A stretch of DNA of 42,074 nt from an uncultured bacterium (GTDB taxonomy: Bacteria; Patescibacteriota; Minisyncoccia; Phycocordibacterales; Phycocordibacteraceae). This document shows, in pieces, positions 1-9,852 of the stretch; position 1 is the first letter of the stretch, and each line of letters starts with the position of its first letter. Position numbers and translations under genes: made by a program. The DNA lies in NCBI GenBank assembly GCA_937879955.1, contig CALFMK010000001.1:157504-199577 (forward strand). Reading direction: 5' to 3'. The notes under the pieces are model-generated. The model had not been told where the DNA came from and did no database searches. It saw only the letters and a list, made by a program, of their open reading frames with translations.

Positions 1-1352
1 ACGAGCTCGAGGTCGGTGTAGCCGGTCTCCTCCGCGATCTCGCGCATGGCGGTCGCAACCGCGTCCTCGTCCGGCTCCGCGGTACCGCCCACGGCAAGCC
101 TGCCGCCGAGCTCCGGCTTCCAGTTGATCGTGAGCACCTTCCCGTCATGCTCGACGATGGCGACGATCTTGTCCTTGTCGACCGGATTCTCCTGCGGCGT
201 TCCCGTCACCGGATCGATGACGTACCTGAGAGGGAGTCCGTACGCCCTAGCGAACGCGTAGTCGCGCTCGTCATGCGCCGGCACCGCCATCACGGCGCCC
301 GTACCGTAGGACGCCAGCACGTAATCCGCGATAAACACAGGGATCTCCTCCTGCGTCGCCGGATTAATCGCCATCACGCCGTCGAGGCGCACGCCGGTCT
401 TCTGCTTGTTCTCGAGACGCTCGCGCTCGGTCTTCTGCTTGGTCGTATCGATATACTCCCGGACCTCCCGTTCGCTCTTGAGCGCGCCGGCGTCGAGCGC
501 GCCCGCTATCCACGGATGCTCCGGGGCGAGGACGACGTAGGTGGCGCCGAACACGGTGTCAGGACGGGTCGTGAACACGTCCACGTGCGCCGGCTTCCCG
601 TCCGCATCCGTCCACGCGTCCTTCTCTGCATCATTGAAGCGGAGCAGGAAGGAGAGCTTCGCGCCCTCCGACTTCCCGATCCAGGCGCGCTGCGCCTCCT
701 TAATCTCCTCGCGCCACGGGAGCGGCTCGAGGTCCGACAGGAGCCGGTCCGCGTACTTCGTGATGCCCATGAACCACTGCGTGAGGAGCTTCTCCTCGAC
801 CTCGGATCCGCAGCGCTCGCAGCGCCCGTCGTTCACCTGCTCGTTCGCGAGCACGGTCTGGTCCTTCGGGCACCACTTCACGGCCGCTTCCTTGCGGTAC
901 GCGAGGTCATGCTCGAAGAGCTTCGAGAACAGCCACTGCGTCCACTTGTAGTACTCAGGACTCGAGGTGACGACCTCCTTGCTCCAGTCGACGGAGGTTC
1001 CCATGGTGCGCACCTGCGCGCGCATGGTCTCCATGTTCGCAACCGTCCACGCGGCCGGGTCTTTGCCGTACTTTATGGCGGCGTTCTCTGCCGGGAGGCC
1101 GAAGGAATCGAATCCCATCGGGAAGAGCACGTTCTTGCCCTGCATGCGCTTGAAGCGCGCATAGATGTCCGTGAGCGCGAAGGCGTACCAGTGGCCGATG
1201 TGGAGGTCTCCGGACGGATACGGGAACTCGAAGAGCAGGTAGTACGGCTCCTTCTCCGTATCCGCGAGGTCCACCTCGTACAGGTTCATGTCCGCCCACT
1301 TCTGCTGGGCGTCCTTCTCTATTGCCGCGTGGTCGAACCGCTCCTTAGCCAT
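1..1352 (-). CDS. leuS: Leucine--tRNA ligase, N-terminal ~450 aa. The gene runs off the left edge of the window and carries an in-frame NUDIX box at nt 18-89.
   Basis: Own translation of the minus strand from ATG 1352-1350: MAKERFDHAAIEKDAQQKW..FPYPSGDLHIGHWY (HIGH motif)..TTRPDTVFGATYVVLAPEHP..GTGAVMAVPAHDERDYAFA. It stays open down to nt 3. It is absent from the ORF track because there is no stop in the window. Confidence 0.93.
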   Translation of the reverse strand, partial: MAKERFDHAAIEKDAQQKWADMNLYEVDLADTEKEPYYLLFEFPYPSGDLHIGHWYAFALTDIYARFKRMQGKNVLFPMGFDSFGLPAENAAIKYGKDPAAWTVANMETMRAQVRTMGTSVDWSKEVVTSSPEYYKWTQWLFSKLFEHDLAYRKEAAVKWCPKDQTVLANEQVNDGRCERCGSEVEEKLLTQWFMGITKYADRLLSDLEPLPWREEIKEAQRAWIGKSEGAKLSFLLRFNDAEKDAWTDADGKPAHVDVFTTRPDTVFGATYVVLAPEHPWIAGALDAGALKSEREVREYIDTTKQKTERERLENKQKTGVRLDGVMAINPATQEEIPVFIADYVLASYGTGAVMAVPAHDERDYAFARAYGLPLRYVIDPVTGTPQENPVDKDKIVAIVEHDGKVLTINWKPELGGRLAVGGTAEPDEDAVATAMREIAEETGYTDLEL

Positions 1353-1354
1353 AC

Positions 1355-2314
1355 CTAGCGGACAGGCTTCTCGAAGAGCGGGTAGCGCTCAGGATCGATG
1401 GTGCGCGCGAAGCAGGTGTCGCCCGTCTCGTGCTGCCAGTTCTGGTCCATGCCCGGGGCATACATGTCGCGCTCCGGATAGCTGCCCGTGCCCGTCATGT
1501 CGCGGGTCGGCTCGTTGAACGCGGCACAGAGCTCGAACGCGAGCGGTCCGGTCACGGCATAGCGGTACGCGAGGCCGGACTGAGGATCCACGGGCGCCGT
1601 GAAGCTCGCAAGCGGATCGTCGAGATCGGAGAGGGTGGCCGGAAGCTCGCCCTGCTGCTGGTAGTAGTTCACCACCTGGTACTGGATGCTCTGGAGGTCG
1701 CTCACCTTCTGCTCGTCGTAGCGGAGCATGCGGATCTCGTTCGGCGTACCGATGACGAAGAAGCCGGAGACGACCGCGACGAGCGAGAGGATGCCCACCG
1801 CGATGCCCACGAGGTTCGCTTTCGCGCGATTCGCGATCCAGTAGCCCTTGCGGTCCGCGAGGAAGTGCATGAACACGCCCGCAGCGATGAGCATGATAAT
1901 CGCGACCTTGAGGCCGAAGCGGACGGTGAGCTCGCCGCCGAGGAAGGTCGTGATGAGCGTGATGAGGTCGATGAGCACCGTCACCACCGCGATGAAGATC
2001 GTGAGCACGAGCGCCCAGCGGCGCACCCAGATCTCAGCCTTGCCGGCCTCGTCAGCGATGGTCTTCCGGATGATGCGCAGGAGCACGATGAGCGTCGGCA
2101 CGAGCACGATCACGCCGGCCATAGCCGCGCGCACCGCGCCGCCGTACGGGTCGCCGTAATAGGCCTGCGCATCCGGAAACGTGATGTTCACGTACTCGAA
2201 CAGGAGCGTGACGAGCGAGATGACGCTGCCATAGAGGGCTATCACCGCGCCGGCCCAGAGGAAGAAGTCGCGCGGCGTGGTCTTCGAGTGCGTAGCAGGT
2301 GCGGTATGTTCCAT
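1355..2314 (-). CDS. Multi-pass membrane protein with a C-terminal soluble domain, DUF5671-like.
   Basis: ORF 1355..2371. Several hydrophobic helices, then a soluble tail (QSIQYQVVNYYQQQGELPATL..). The preferred start is ATG 2314 (MEHTAP..), because TGgTATAAT lies 9 nt upstream. The stop is 3 nt from the leuS start. Confidence 0.8.
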   Translation of the reverse strand: MEHTAPATHSKTTPRDFFLWAGAVIALYGSVISLVTLLFEYVNITFPDAQAYYGDPYGGAVRAAMAGVIVLVPTLIVLLRIIRKTIADEAGKAEIWVRRWALVLTIFIAVVTVLIDLITLITTFLGGELTVRFGLKVAIIMLIAAGVFMHFLADRKGYWIANRAKANLVGIAVGILSLVAVVSGFFVIGTPNEIRMLRYDEQKVSDLQSIQYQVVNYYQQQGELPATLSDLDDPLASFTAPVDPQSGLAYRYAVTGPLAFELCAAFNEPTRDMTGTGSYPERDMYAPGMDQNWQHETGDTCFARTIDPERYPLFEKPVR

Positions 2315-2448
2315 ATGCGCCGGATTATACCACATTCCGGGCGCACGGACATATGCACCGTCCGCGTTCATGAGGCGTTCAGGCGCCCGATGCGATGCTA
2401 CGCTTTACGTAGGTCGAGCTTACGTATCACCCTAACCATCACACTGCA

Positions 2449-2655
2449 ATGAGACCATTGAATACCGTCGATTGGATAGCGCTCGTGCTCGTGCTCGTCG
2501 GAGGCCTCAACTGGGGACTCGTCGCGATCGCGAACGTCGATCTCGTCGCCATGCTCTTCGGCGACGGATCGGCACTCGCGCGCATCGTGTACGGACTCGT
2601 CGGCGTCGCCACGATCTACATCGCCGTCATCTCTCCGAAGCTCGGGGTGAAGTAG
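2449..2655 (+). CDS. DUF378 family small membrane protein.
   Basis: 68 aa. DWIALVLVLVGGLNWGLVAI..DLVAMLFG...RIVYGLVG matches the DUF378 signature (GGLNWGLVG..LV..LFG..R.IY.LVG). Confidence 0.9.
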   Translation: MRPLNTVDWIALVLVLVGGLNWGLVAIANVDLVAMLFGDGSALARIVYGLVGVATIYIAVISPKLGVK

Positions 2656-2669
2656 CATCGGCTATGGAC

Positions 2670-2707
2670 AAAGAAAGGCCGAGGACTCTATGTCCTCGGC
2701 CTTTCTT
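2670..2707. terminator. Bidirectional intrinsic terminator hairpin between convergent genes.
   Basis: aaagaaaggccgaggac / gtcctcggcctttcttt-like arms with a ~5-nt loop, flanked by A and T runs. Confidence 0.8.
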
Positions 2708-2718
2708 CTGTAGTGAGG

Positions 2719-3147
2719 CTACTCTCCCTGCTTCTTCTCGTGGACGTGCGGTACGCGCGGGATAACTGCCGACAGAAGCCCGGCGAGTACGGCGATGACA
2801 TAGAAGCCGAAGCCGATCGCCATGCCGATCGCGCCCGCGAACCAGATGCTCGCGGCGGTGGTGAGGTTCTTCACGCTCGCGCCCTCCTTCAGGATGAGGC
2901 CGGCGCCGATGAAGCCGATACCGACGACGATCTGAGACGCGATGCGCGACGTCGAGAGCGGGTCCACTACCTTCGAGAGGAGCGTGAAGAGCATCGCGCC
3001 GGTTATGACGAGGATGTGCGTGCTGATGCCCGCGTCCTTGCCGCGGAACTCACGCTCCGCGCCGATCATGTAGCCCAGAATGATAGAGAGCCCGAGCCCG
3101 ATAAGGAACTGGCATTCGAGAGGTCCGAAGAGCGTGCTTATATCCAT
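2719..3147 (-). CDS. mgtC: MgtC/SapB family membrane protein.
   Basis: 142 aa. LGLSIILGYMIGAEREFRGKDAGISTHILV..SQIVVGIGFIGAGLILKEG..NLTTAASIW is the typical MgtC N-domain. Confidence 0.9.
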   Translation of the reverse strand: MDISTLFGPLECQFLIGLGLSIILGYMIGAEREFRGKDAGISTHILVITGAMLFTLLSKVVDPLSTSRIASQIVVGIGFIGAGLILKEGASVKNLTTAASIWFAGAIGMAIGFGFYVIAVLAGLLSAVIPRVPHVHEKKQGE

Positions 3148-3209
3148 ATAGGGAGGAGTATAGCAGGCTGTCTGGGACGGTATATGGAAGCTTCCGTATA
3201 GTCATAAAG

Positions 3210-3238
3210 TTGACAAATATAATTACTATACTTATAAT
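3210..3238 (+). promoter_or_regulatory. Consensus sigma70-type promoter (TTGACA-17 nt-TATAAT).
   Basis: TTGACA at 3210-3215, 17-nt spacer, TATAAT at 3233-3238. It sits in a visibly AT-rich island, and GGAG at 3256-3259 lies 7 nt before ATG 3267. Confidence 0.75.
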
Positions 3239-3266
3239 ATATTTAGATTAAATCTGGAGCTATCCA

Positions 3267-3422
3267 ATGAGCAGGATCTTTATGTGCGGTGCAGTTTCAG
3301 GTGTTAGCGCAAGCGTTCTGGTGGCCGGCCTGATTACGGGTACCGTCCCCGGCATCATGGCAGGTCTCGCTGGCATGGTCGTCGGCATTATGGGCGCTCG
3401 CATGGAAGCCCGCACGGCCTGA
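3267..3422 (+). CDS. 51-aa hydrophobic glycine-zipper peptide (below the ORF-track cutoff).
   Basis: Own translation: MSRIFMCGAVSGVSASVLVAGLITGTVPGIMAGLAGMVVGIMGARMEARTA*. It has a perfect promoter, an SD, a GC3-rich frame and a strong terminator immediately downstream. Confidence 0.65.
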   Translation: MSRIFMCGAVSGVSASVLVAGLITGTVPGIMAGLAGMVVGIMGARMEARTA

Positions 3423-3439
3423 ATGCCAAAAATACTGAA

Positions 3440-3463
3440 GGGCCCTGTCAGAAGACAGGGCCC
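3440..3463. terminator. Intrinsic terminator hairpin shared by the small ORF (+) and ychF (-).
   Basis: gggccctgtc-agaa-gacagggccc, a perfect 10-bp stem followed by ctttct. Confidence 0.8.
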
Positions 3464-3513
3464 CTTTCTATACCCGCACCCGCGTGTTCCAGGGAGACGG
3501 GGGACCGAACGTC

Positions 3514-4608
3514 CTAGCTATGCAGGAACACCATGACGTCCCCGTCGTTCACGATATATGTCTTCCCTTCGGTACGGATATCGCCCTTATCCCTCGCCGC
3601 GGACCACGACCCGTCAGCCACGAGCGTATTCCACCCGACAACCTCCGCGCGGATGAACTTGTCTTTGAAGTCGTTATGGATGGCGCTGCCTGCCTCAGGA
3701 GCGGACGCGCCGCGCTTGATGGTCCAGGCACGCGTTTCCTTCGGGCCCGTGGTGAAGAAGGTGATAAGGCCGAGCGTCTCGTACGCGCCGCGGATGAGCG
3801 CCTCGAGGCCGTCCACCTGCACGCCGAGCTCCGAGCGGAACATCTCCTTGTCCTCGGTCGCGACGTCGTTGAGCTCATGCTCGGTGCGCGCGTCCACTTC
3901 CACGTACTTCGAGCCGAGGGACTCGACGAGGTCGTACGCTGCCTTGGCGCGACCGTCGTTCATCTCGGAGAGGTTGTGCCCGCCCGCCTTCCCGTTGAAG
4001 GAGTAGAGGATCGGCTTCATTGTGAGCAGGTTGAGCGACTTGATGCGCTTCGCGTCCTCCTCGGAGAGACCCACGGAACGCGCGAGCTTCCCGGCGAGGA
4101 GCGCCTGCTCCACCGTGGCGAGCACCGCGTCCTCCGCGACCGCGTCCTTGTTCCCCGACTTCACGTCGCGAACGAGACGCTCACGACGGCCGGACACGGA
4201 CTGCTGGTCCGCGAGGATGAGCTCGAGGTTGATGACCTCGATGTCGCGGACCGGATCCACGTCCCCGTGCACGTGGATGACATCCGGATCGTCGAAGAAG
4301 CGGACCATCTCGAGGATCGCGTCCACCTCGCGGATATGCGAGAGGAACTGGTTGCCGAGACCCTCGCCCTCGGAAGCGCCCTTCACGAGGCCCGCGATGT
4401 CCACGAACTCGATGGCGGCAGGCAGCGTCTTCTCAGAGCCTGAGAGCGCAGCCAAACGGTCCAGACGCTCATCCGGCACGCCTACGACGCCCACTGAGGG
4501 GTCGATGGTGCAGAACGGGTAATTCTCCGCAGGGACTGCGGCCTTGGTGAGCGCGTTGAAGAGAGTGGACTTCCCGACGTTCGGGAGCCCGACGATGCCG
4601 ATTTTCAT
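3514..4608 (-). CDS. ychF: Redox-regulated ATPase YchF (Obg-family GTPase-like).
   Basis: 364 aa. MKIGIVGLPNVGKSTLFNALT..FCTIDP..DIAGLVKGASEGEGLGNQFL..C-terminal TGS/YchF domain (ITFFT.GPKE.RAWTI..G..AP.AAG.IH.DF..FIRAEV). Confidence 0.97.
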   Translation of the reverse strand: MKIGIVGLPNVGKSTLFNALTKAAVPAENYPFCTIDPSVGVVGVPDERLDRLAALSGSEKTLPAAIEFVDIAGLVKGASEGEGLGNQFLSHIREVDAILEMVRFFDDPDVIHVHGDVDPVRDIEVINLELILADQQSVSGRRERLVRDVKSGNKDAVAEDAVLATVEQALLAGKLARSVGLSEEDAKRIKSLNLLTMKPILYSFNGKAGGHNLSEMNDGRAKAAYDLVESLGSKYVEVDARTEHELNDVATEDKEMFRSELGVQVDGLEALIRGAYETLGLITFFTTGPKETRAWTIKRGASAPEAGSAIHNDFKDKFIRAEVVGWNTLVADGSWSAARDKGDIRTEGKTYIVNDGDVMVFLHS

Positions 4609-4651
4609 ATACTGACTCTACGGCCTTACAGGCGATATGGAAAGCCCTCCG

Positions 4652-4679
4652 TTGACTTATATGAAGGAATTAGTATTAT
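4652..4679 (+). promoter_or_regulatory. Candidate sigma70-type promoter (TTGACT-16 nt-TATTAT).
   Basis: TTGACT 4652-4657 and TATTAT 4674-4679. It lies upstream of an AAGGAG SD and ATG 4719. Confidence 0.55.
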
Positions 4680-4718
4680 CCGTCTGCGAAACTTCACGCT
4701 ATCTGAAAGGAGCACTCG

Positions 4719-4943
4719 ATGTCTCGCATCAAGAACAAGTACTTTTATATCCTGCTGATCTGCGTCGCTATGGGACTGGGGCTGTTCATGCCTCTCTGGC
4801 TCATCCTCCACGTCTGGGAGTTCCCCCTCTGGTACGGGATTCTCTTCTACGTGACGACCGCAGGCGCAGCCATCATAGCCACCTTGATCCTCGTCCATGC
4901 GAGCAACCATCTCGAGATCAAGGAGGCGCACTCGGAGCACTAG
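4719..4943 (+). CDS. Small two-TM membrane protein, hypothetical.
   Basis: 74 aa with two hydrophobic helices. The AAGGAG SD lies ~7 nt upstream. Confidence 0.7.
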   Translation: MSRIKNKYFYILLICVAMGLGLFMPLWLILHVWEFPLWYGILFYVTTAGAAIIATLILVHASNHLEIKEAHSEH

Positions 4944-5064
4944 CTCCCGAAGCCTCGTATACCCTACCGACGTCCGCATCCGTTATGCCGCCGCCGTAAT
5001 TCGTACGAGGCTTCATCCATTTCCATACGCAAAAGCCGCCTCCGAAGAGACGGCTCGTGCAGCG

Positions 5065-5643
5065 CTAGCGCGCGCGCTTCGCAAGCGCACGCACCTTCCT
5101 CTTCCACGATTCCTTCTTCTGTTCTGGCGCGCGCTCTGAATTGCCGAACGCCGTGACGGATACCTTGAACCCGGCGAAACCGAGGAGCGACCGACGGATC
5201 GACCCGGTGTAGTCGCCGAACGCGAGATAGTCGAGGAGCGGCGGATTGTTCGACGGGATGATGACGCGCGCGGTGCGTCCCTTGAGGAGCGCATCCCAGC
5301 CGAAGCGGTTCTTCCACATATGGAAGGCGAACGCCGGCAGGAACATGCGGTCCCACATGCCCTTAAGAAGGGCCGGCATGCCGCCCCACCAGTTCGGGTA
5401 CACGAGCACGAAATGCTCGCACCAGCGCATGTCCTCCTGCACCTTCTTCAGGTCTGGCTCGAGCTCCTGGATCACGCGGTATCCCTTATGCAGGATCGGA
5501 TCGAAGGAGAGGCTCGAGAGGTCGGTGCGGCGCACCTCGTGCCCGGCAGCCTTCGCGGCCTCCTCGTACGCGTCGGCGAGCTGGCGCGAGAGCGGCTCGG
5601 GTCCGTTATCCGGATGTCCGAGGAGTATGAATATCTTTGTCAT
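5065..5643 (-). CDS. Flavodoxin-like-fold NAD(P)H dehydrogenase (quinone), KefF/YrkL-like.
   Basis: 192 aa. MTKIFILLGHPD..; HFVLVYPNWWGGMPALLKGMWDRMFLPAFAF matches the Flavodoxin_2 family core. Confidence 0.88.
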   Translation of the reverse strand: MTKIFILLGHPDNGPEPLSRQLADAYEEAAKAAGHEVRRTDLSSLSFDPILHKGYRVIQELEPDLKKVQEDMRWCEHFVLVYPNWWGGMPALLKGMWDRMFLPAFAFHMWKNRFGWDALLKGRTARVIIPSNNPPLLDYLAFGDYTGSIRRSLLGFAGFKVSVTAFGNSERAPEQKKESWKRKVRALAKRAR

Positions 5644-5700
5644 GTATGGATAGTGAATGAAAACTGGTTCGCTCCATGATACCGCGAACGCACGCCCTCG

Positions 5701-6447
5701 CTAGAAGAGCGCCTCGCCCCAGACCTGGGGATTAGCCATGAGGCCGCGGAAGTAGTTGCCGCCCGCGTGGGAGCCGATCTCGAGCTCACGACCAGCCGGT
5801 ACCGGTATGTTCGTGACGGACTTCACCATCTCGCCGTCGCGATAGAGGCGCAACGTTCCGCCATCAACATTAGGGTTGTACGAGATGGCGATGGCGTGCC
5901 AGTTCCCGTCACCAACAGACCCGCTGCTGTCCTGCGCCACGTTCCAGTTGCCGTTATGCCCGCCCCTGATCTGGCAGCTGGGAACATAGAAGACCGCCCC
6001 GTTGTTGGTCGTAGCGGACATGACGTTACCGGTCGCCACGCACTGCGCAGACGTTATCTTCACCCATGCCGCCTTCGTGTACGCGCCAGCAGGAAGCGGC
6101 GTACCAGGCACGATGATACGGCCCGACCCGCTGAAGCTCACGGAGCAGCCGTTCCCGTTCGGGGTGTCGGTAGACCAGGACAAGGAGCCGGAGAACGTGC
6201 CCTCGATAGGCTCAATCCCGGAGTCAGCGACCGTGGTGCCGCTGCATTCCTTGAATTCCCAGCTGTGCGTCGCGTTGTCAGCGAGTGCGGAGCGCGTATG
6301 CGCCATGAAGGCCTTCGCCGCGGCGAGTCTCCCGCGATCGCGCGCCGTACTGAGCGAGGCGAGCACCACAGACGAGAGGATGCCGATAATGGCTATTACG
6401 ACGAGGAGCTCGATGAGCGTGAAGCCTCGGAACGGTCTTTCAGGCAT
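5701..6447 (-). CDS. Prepilin-type N-terminal cleavage/methylation domain protein fused to a LamG/concanavalin-like domain.
   Basis: RGFTLIELLVVIAIIGILSSV is a class III signal / type IV pilin motif. The C-terminal part (..WHAIAISYNP..GTLRLYRDGEMV....IGSHAGGNYFRGLMANPQVWGEAL) resembles Laminin_G_3. Confidence 0.88.
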   Translation of the reverse strand: MPERPFRGFTLIELLVVIAIIGILSSVVLASLSTARDRGRLAAAKAFMAHTRSALADNATHSWEFKECSGTTVADSGIEPIEGTFSGSLSWSTDTPNGNGCSVSFSGSGRIIVPGTPLPAGAYTKAAWVKITSAQCVATGNVMSATTNNGAVFYVPSCQIRGGHNGNWNVAQDSSGSVGDGNWHAIAISYNPNVDGGTLRLYRDGEMVKSVTNIPVPAGRELEIGSHAGGNYFRGLMANPQVWGEALF

Positions 6448-6482
6448 GAAGACAGTATGGCATGCCTCGCGGCGGCGCTCCG

Positions 6483-6710
6483 CTACTTCTGCATAAGTCC
6501 CGCGAGCTCCTCGCGGTACTTCTTCATGACCTCCATGGAAGCCTTCATCTGGTTCTCGCCTCCCTTCACGCGGCGGTCTACCTCTTCGCCGATCTTCTTG
6601 AAGAGGTCAGGATTCTTCTCCACGAGCGCGAGGATCTGCTCCTGCTGCGCCTCGGGCACGTCCTTCATCTTCATCTTCAGGGCCTGTCGCACGAGGAATT
6701 TCTGGATCAT
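6483..6710 (-). CDS. Small charged hypothetical protein.
   Basis: 75 aa, K/E-rich and helical-looking (..EAQQEQILALVEKNPDLFKKIGEEV..). Its composition differs from the shadow ORFs, and it is packed between neighbouring minus-strand genes. Confidence 0.6.
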   Translation of the reverse strand: MIQKFLVRQALKMKMKDVPEAQQEQILALVEKNPDLFKKIGEEVDRRVKGGENQMKASMEVMKKYREELAGLMQK

Positions 6711-6749
6711 ATGGCGGCTATTCTAGCACAGGCCGGAAACCAGCCTCCA

Positions 6750-7166
6750 CTAGGCCTCAGGCTCGATATGCGGCACAGCGTACCCGCGGACCGTCCGGGT
6801 AGCGAGGTAGAGCGCCGCGAGGAACAGGAGCGCGATGACGGCAAGGAGGCCGTCGCCCGAGAAGAGCTGTGCGGCGCTCTCGATCCGAGAGAACGAGAGC
6901 CATGCGAACGTAAGGACGCCAGCGATGGAGACAAGCATGTTCACGGTATGGATCCAGCGCTGCGCCGGGTTCGTGATGCCCGCAGCGATGACGAGCGTAA
7001 GGATGAGCAGCATCATCGCTCCGAAGGAGAACATCGGCGTTCCCGCTACGAACTTCGTGACGAAGACGAGGACCGCATTGGTAAGGAAGAGAGCCCGGAC
7101 CGCGTCTCCGTGGTAATGGCGCGTGCGTGCAGGGGCGATGGCGACTATCTCTCCGTCCTCGTTCAT
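6750..7166 (-). CDS. Membrane protein, hypothetical.
   Basis: ORF 6750..7187 (GTG). The preferred start is ATG 7166 (MNEDGEIV..), because CATACT lies 8 nt upstream. It has 3-4 hydrophobic helices. Confidence 0.7.
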   Translation of the reverse strand: MNEDGEIVAIAPARTRHYHGDAVRALFLTNAVLVFVTKFVAGTPMFSFGAMMLLILTLVIAAGITNPAQRWIHTVNMLVSIAGVLTFAWLSFSRIESAAQLFSGDGLLAVIALLFLAALYLATRTVRGYAVPHIEPEA

Positions 7167-7200
7167 ATGAACGTAGTATGCTGTCACGCGATGGAAAGTA

Positions 7201-7233
7201 AAGGAGCGTCCGGGGAGAACCCGGACGCTCCTT
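7201..7233 (-). terminator. Intrinsic terminator ending the atp operon.
   Basis: aaggagcgtccggg-gagaa-cccggacgctcctt, a 14-bp stem. On the minus strand it is followed by a T-rich tract. Confidence 0.85.
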
Positions 7234-7253
7234 TATACCCGTGAATGTATCTC

Positions 7254-7502
7254 TTAGAGAAGCACGGTAGCCTGGCCGCCTGACACCTCGAGGATGCCGC
7301 CTTCGCCGAGGGTGAAGGAGGTCTCCTCGCCTTCCGCGGTCTTCACGAGCGCGACGCCTTCCTTGAGCGGCGTGACGAACGGCTCGTGCCCCGCCATCAC
7401 GGTGAGCACGCCTTCCACGCCCGGGAGCGTGACCGATACGGCAGGACCCGAGAAGAGGTTCTCTCCGACGTTCGCGATAGTGAGCTGGAAGGTGTGTGCC
7501 AT
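7254..7502 (-). CDS. atpC: F1 ATP synthase epsilon subunit, short form (beta-sandwich only).
   Basis: 82 aa, last gene of the atp operon. The sequence ..LTIANVGENLFSGPAVSVTLPGVEGVLTVMAGHEPFVTPLKEG.. is typical of the epsilon N-domain. Confidence 0.88.
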   Translation of the reverse strand: MAHTFQLTIANVGENLFSGPAVSVTLPGVEGVLTVMAGHEPFVTPLKEGVALVKTAEGEETSFTLGEGGILEVSGGQATVLL

Positions 7503-7508
7503 GGATGG

Positions 7509-9834
<2,326 letters not shown>

Positions 9835-9852
9835 GCAGGTAGGTGGTGGGAG

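Noticed and set aside
2405-2426. Two direct copies of TTACGTA, each containing the palindrome TACGTA, 15 bp apart upstream of the DUF378 gene.
   Set aside because: The motifs are short and could occur by chance. I could not place a convincing -35/-10 pair or SD relative to ATG 2449, so no regulatory call is made.
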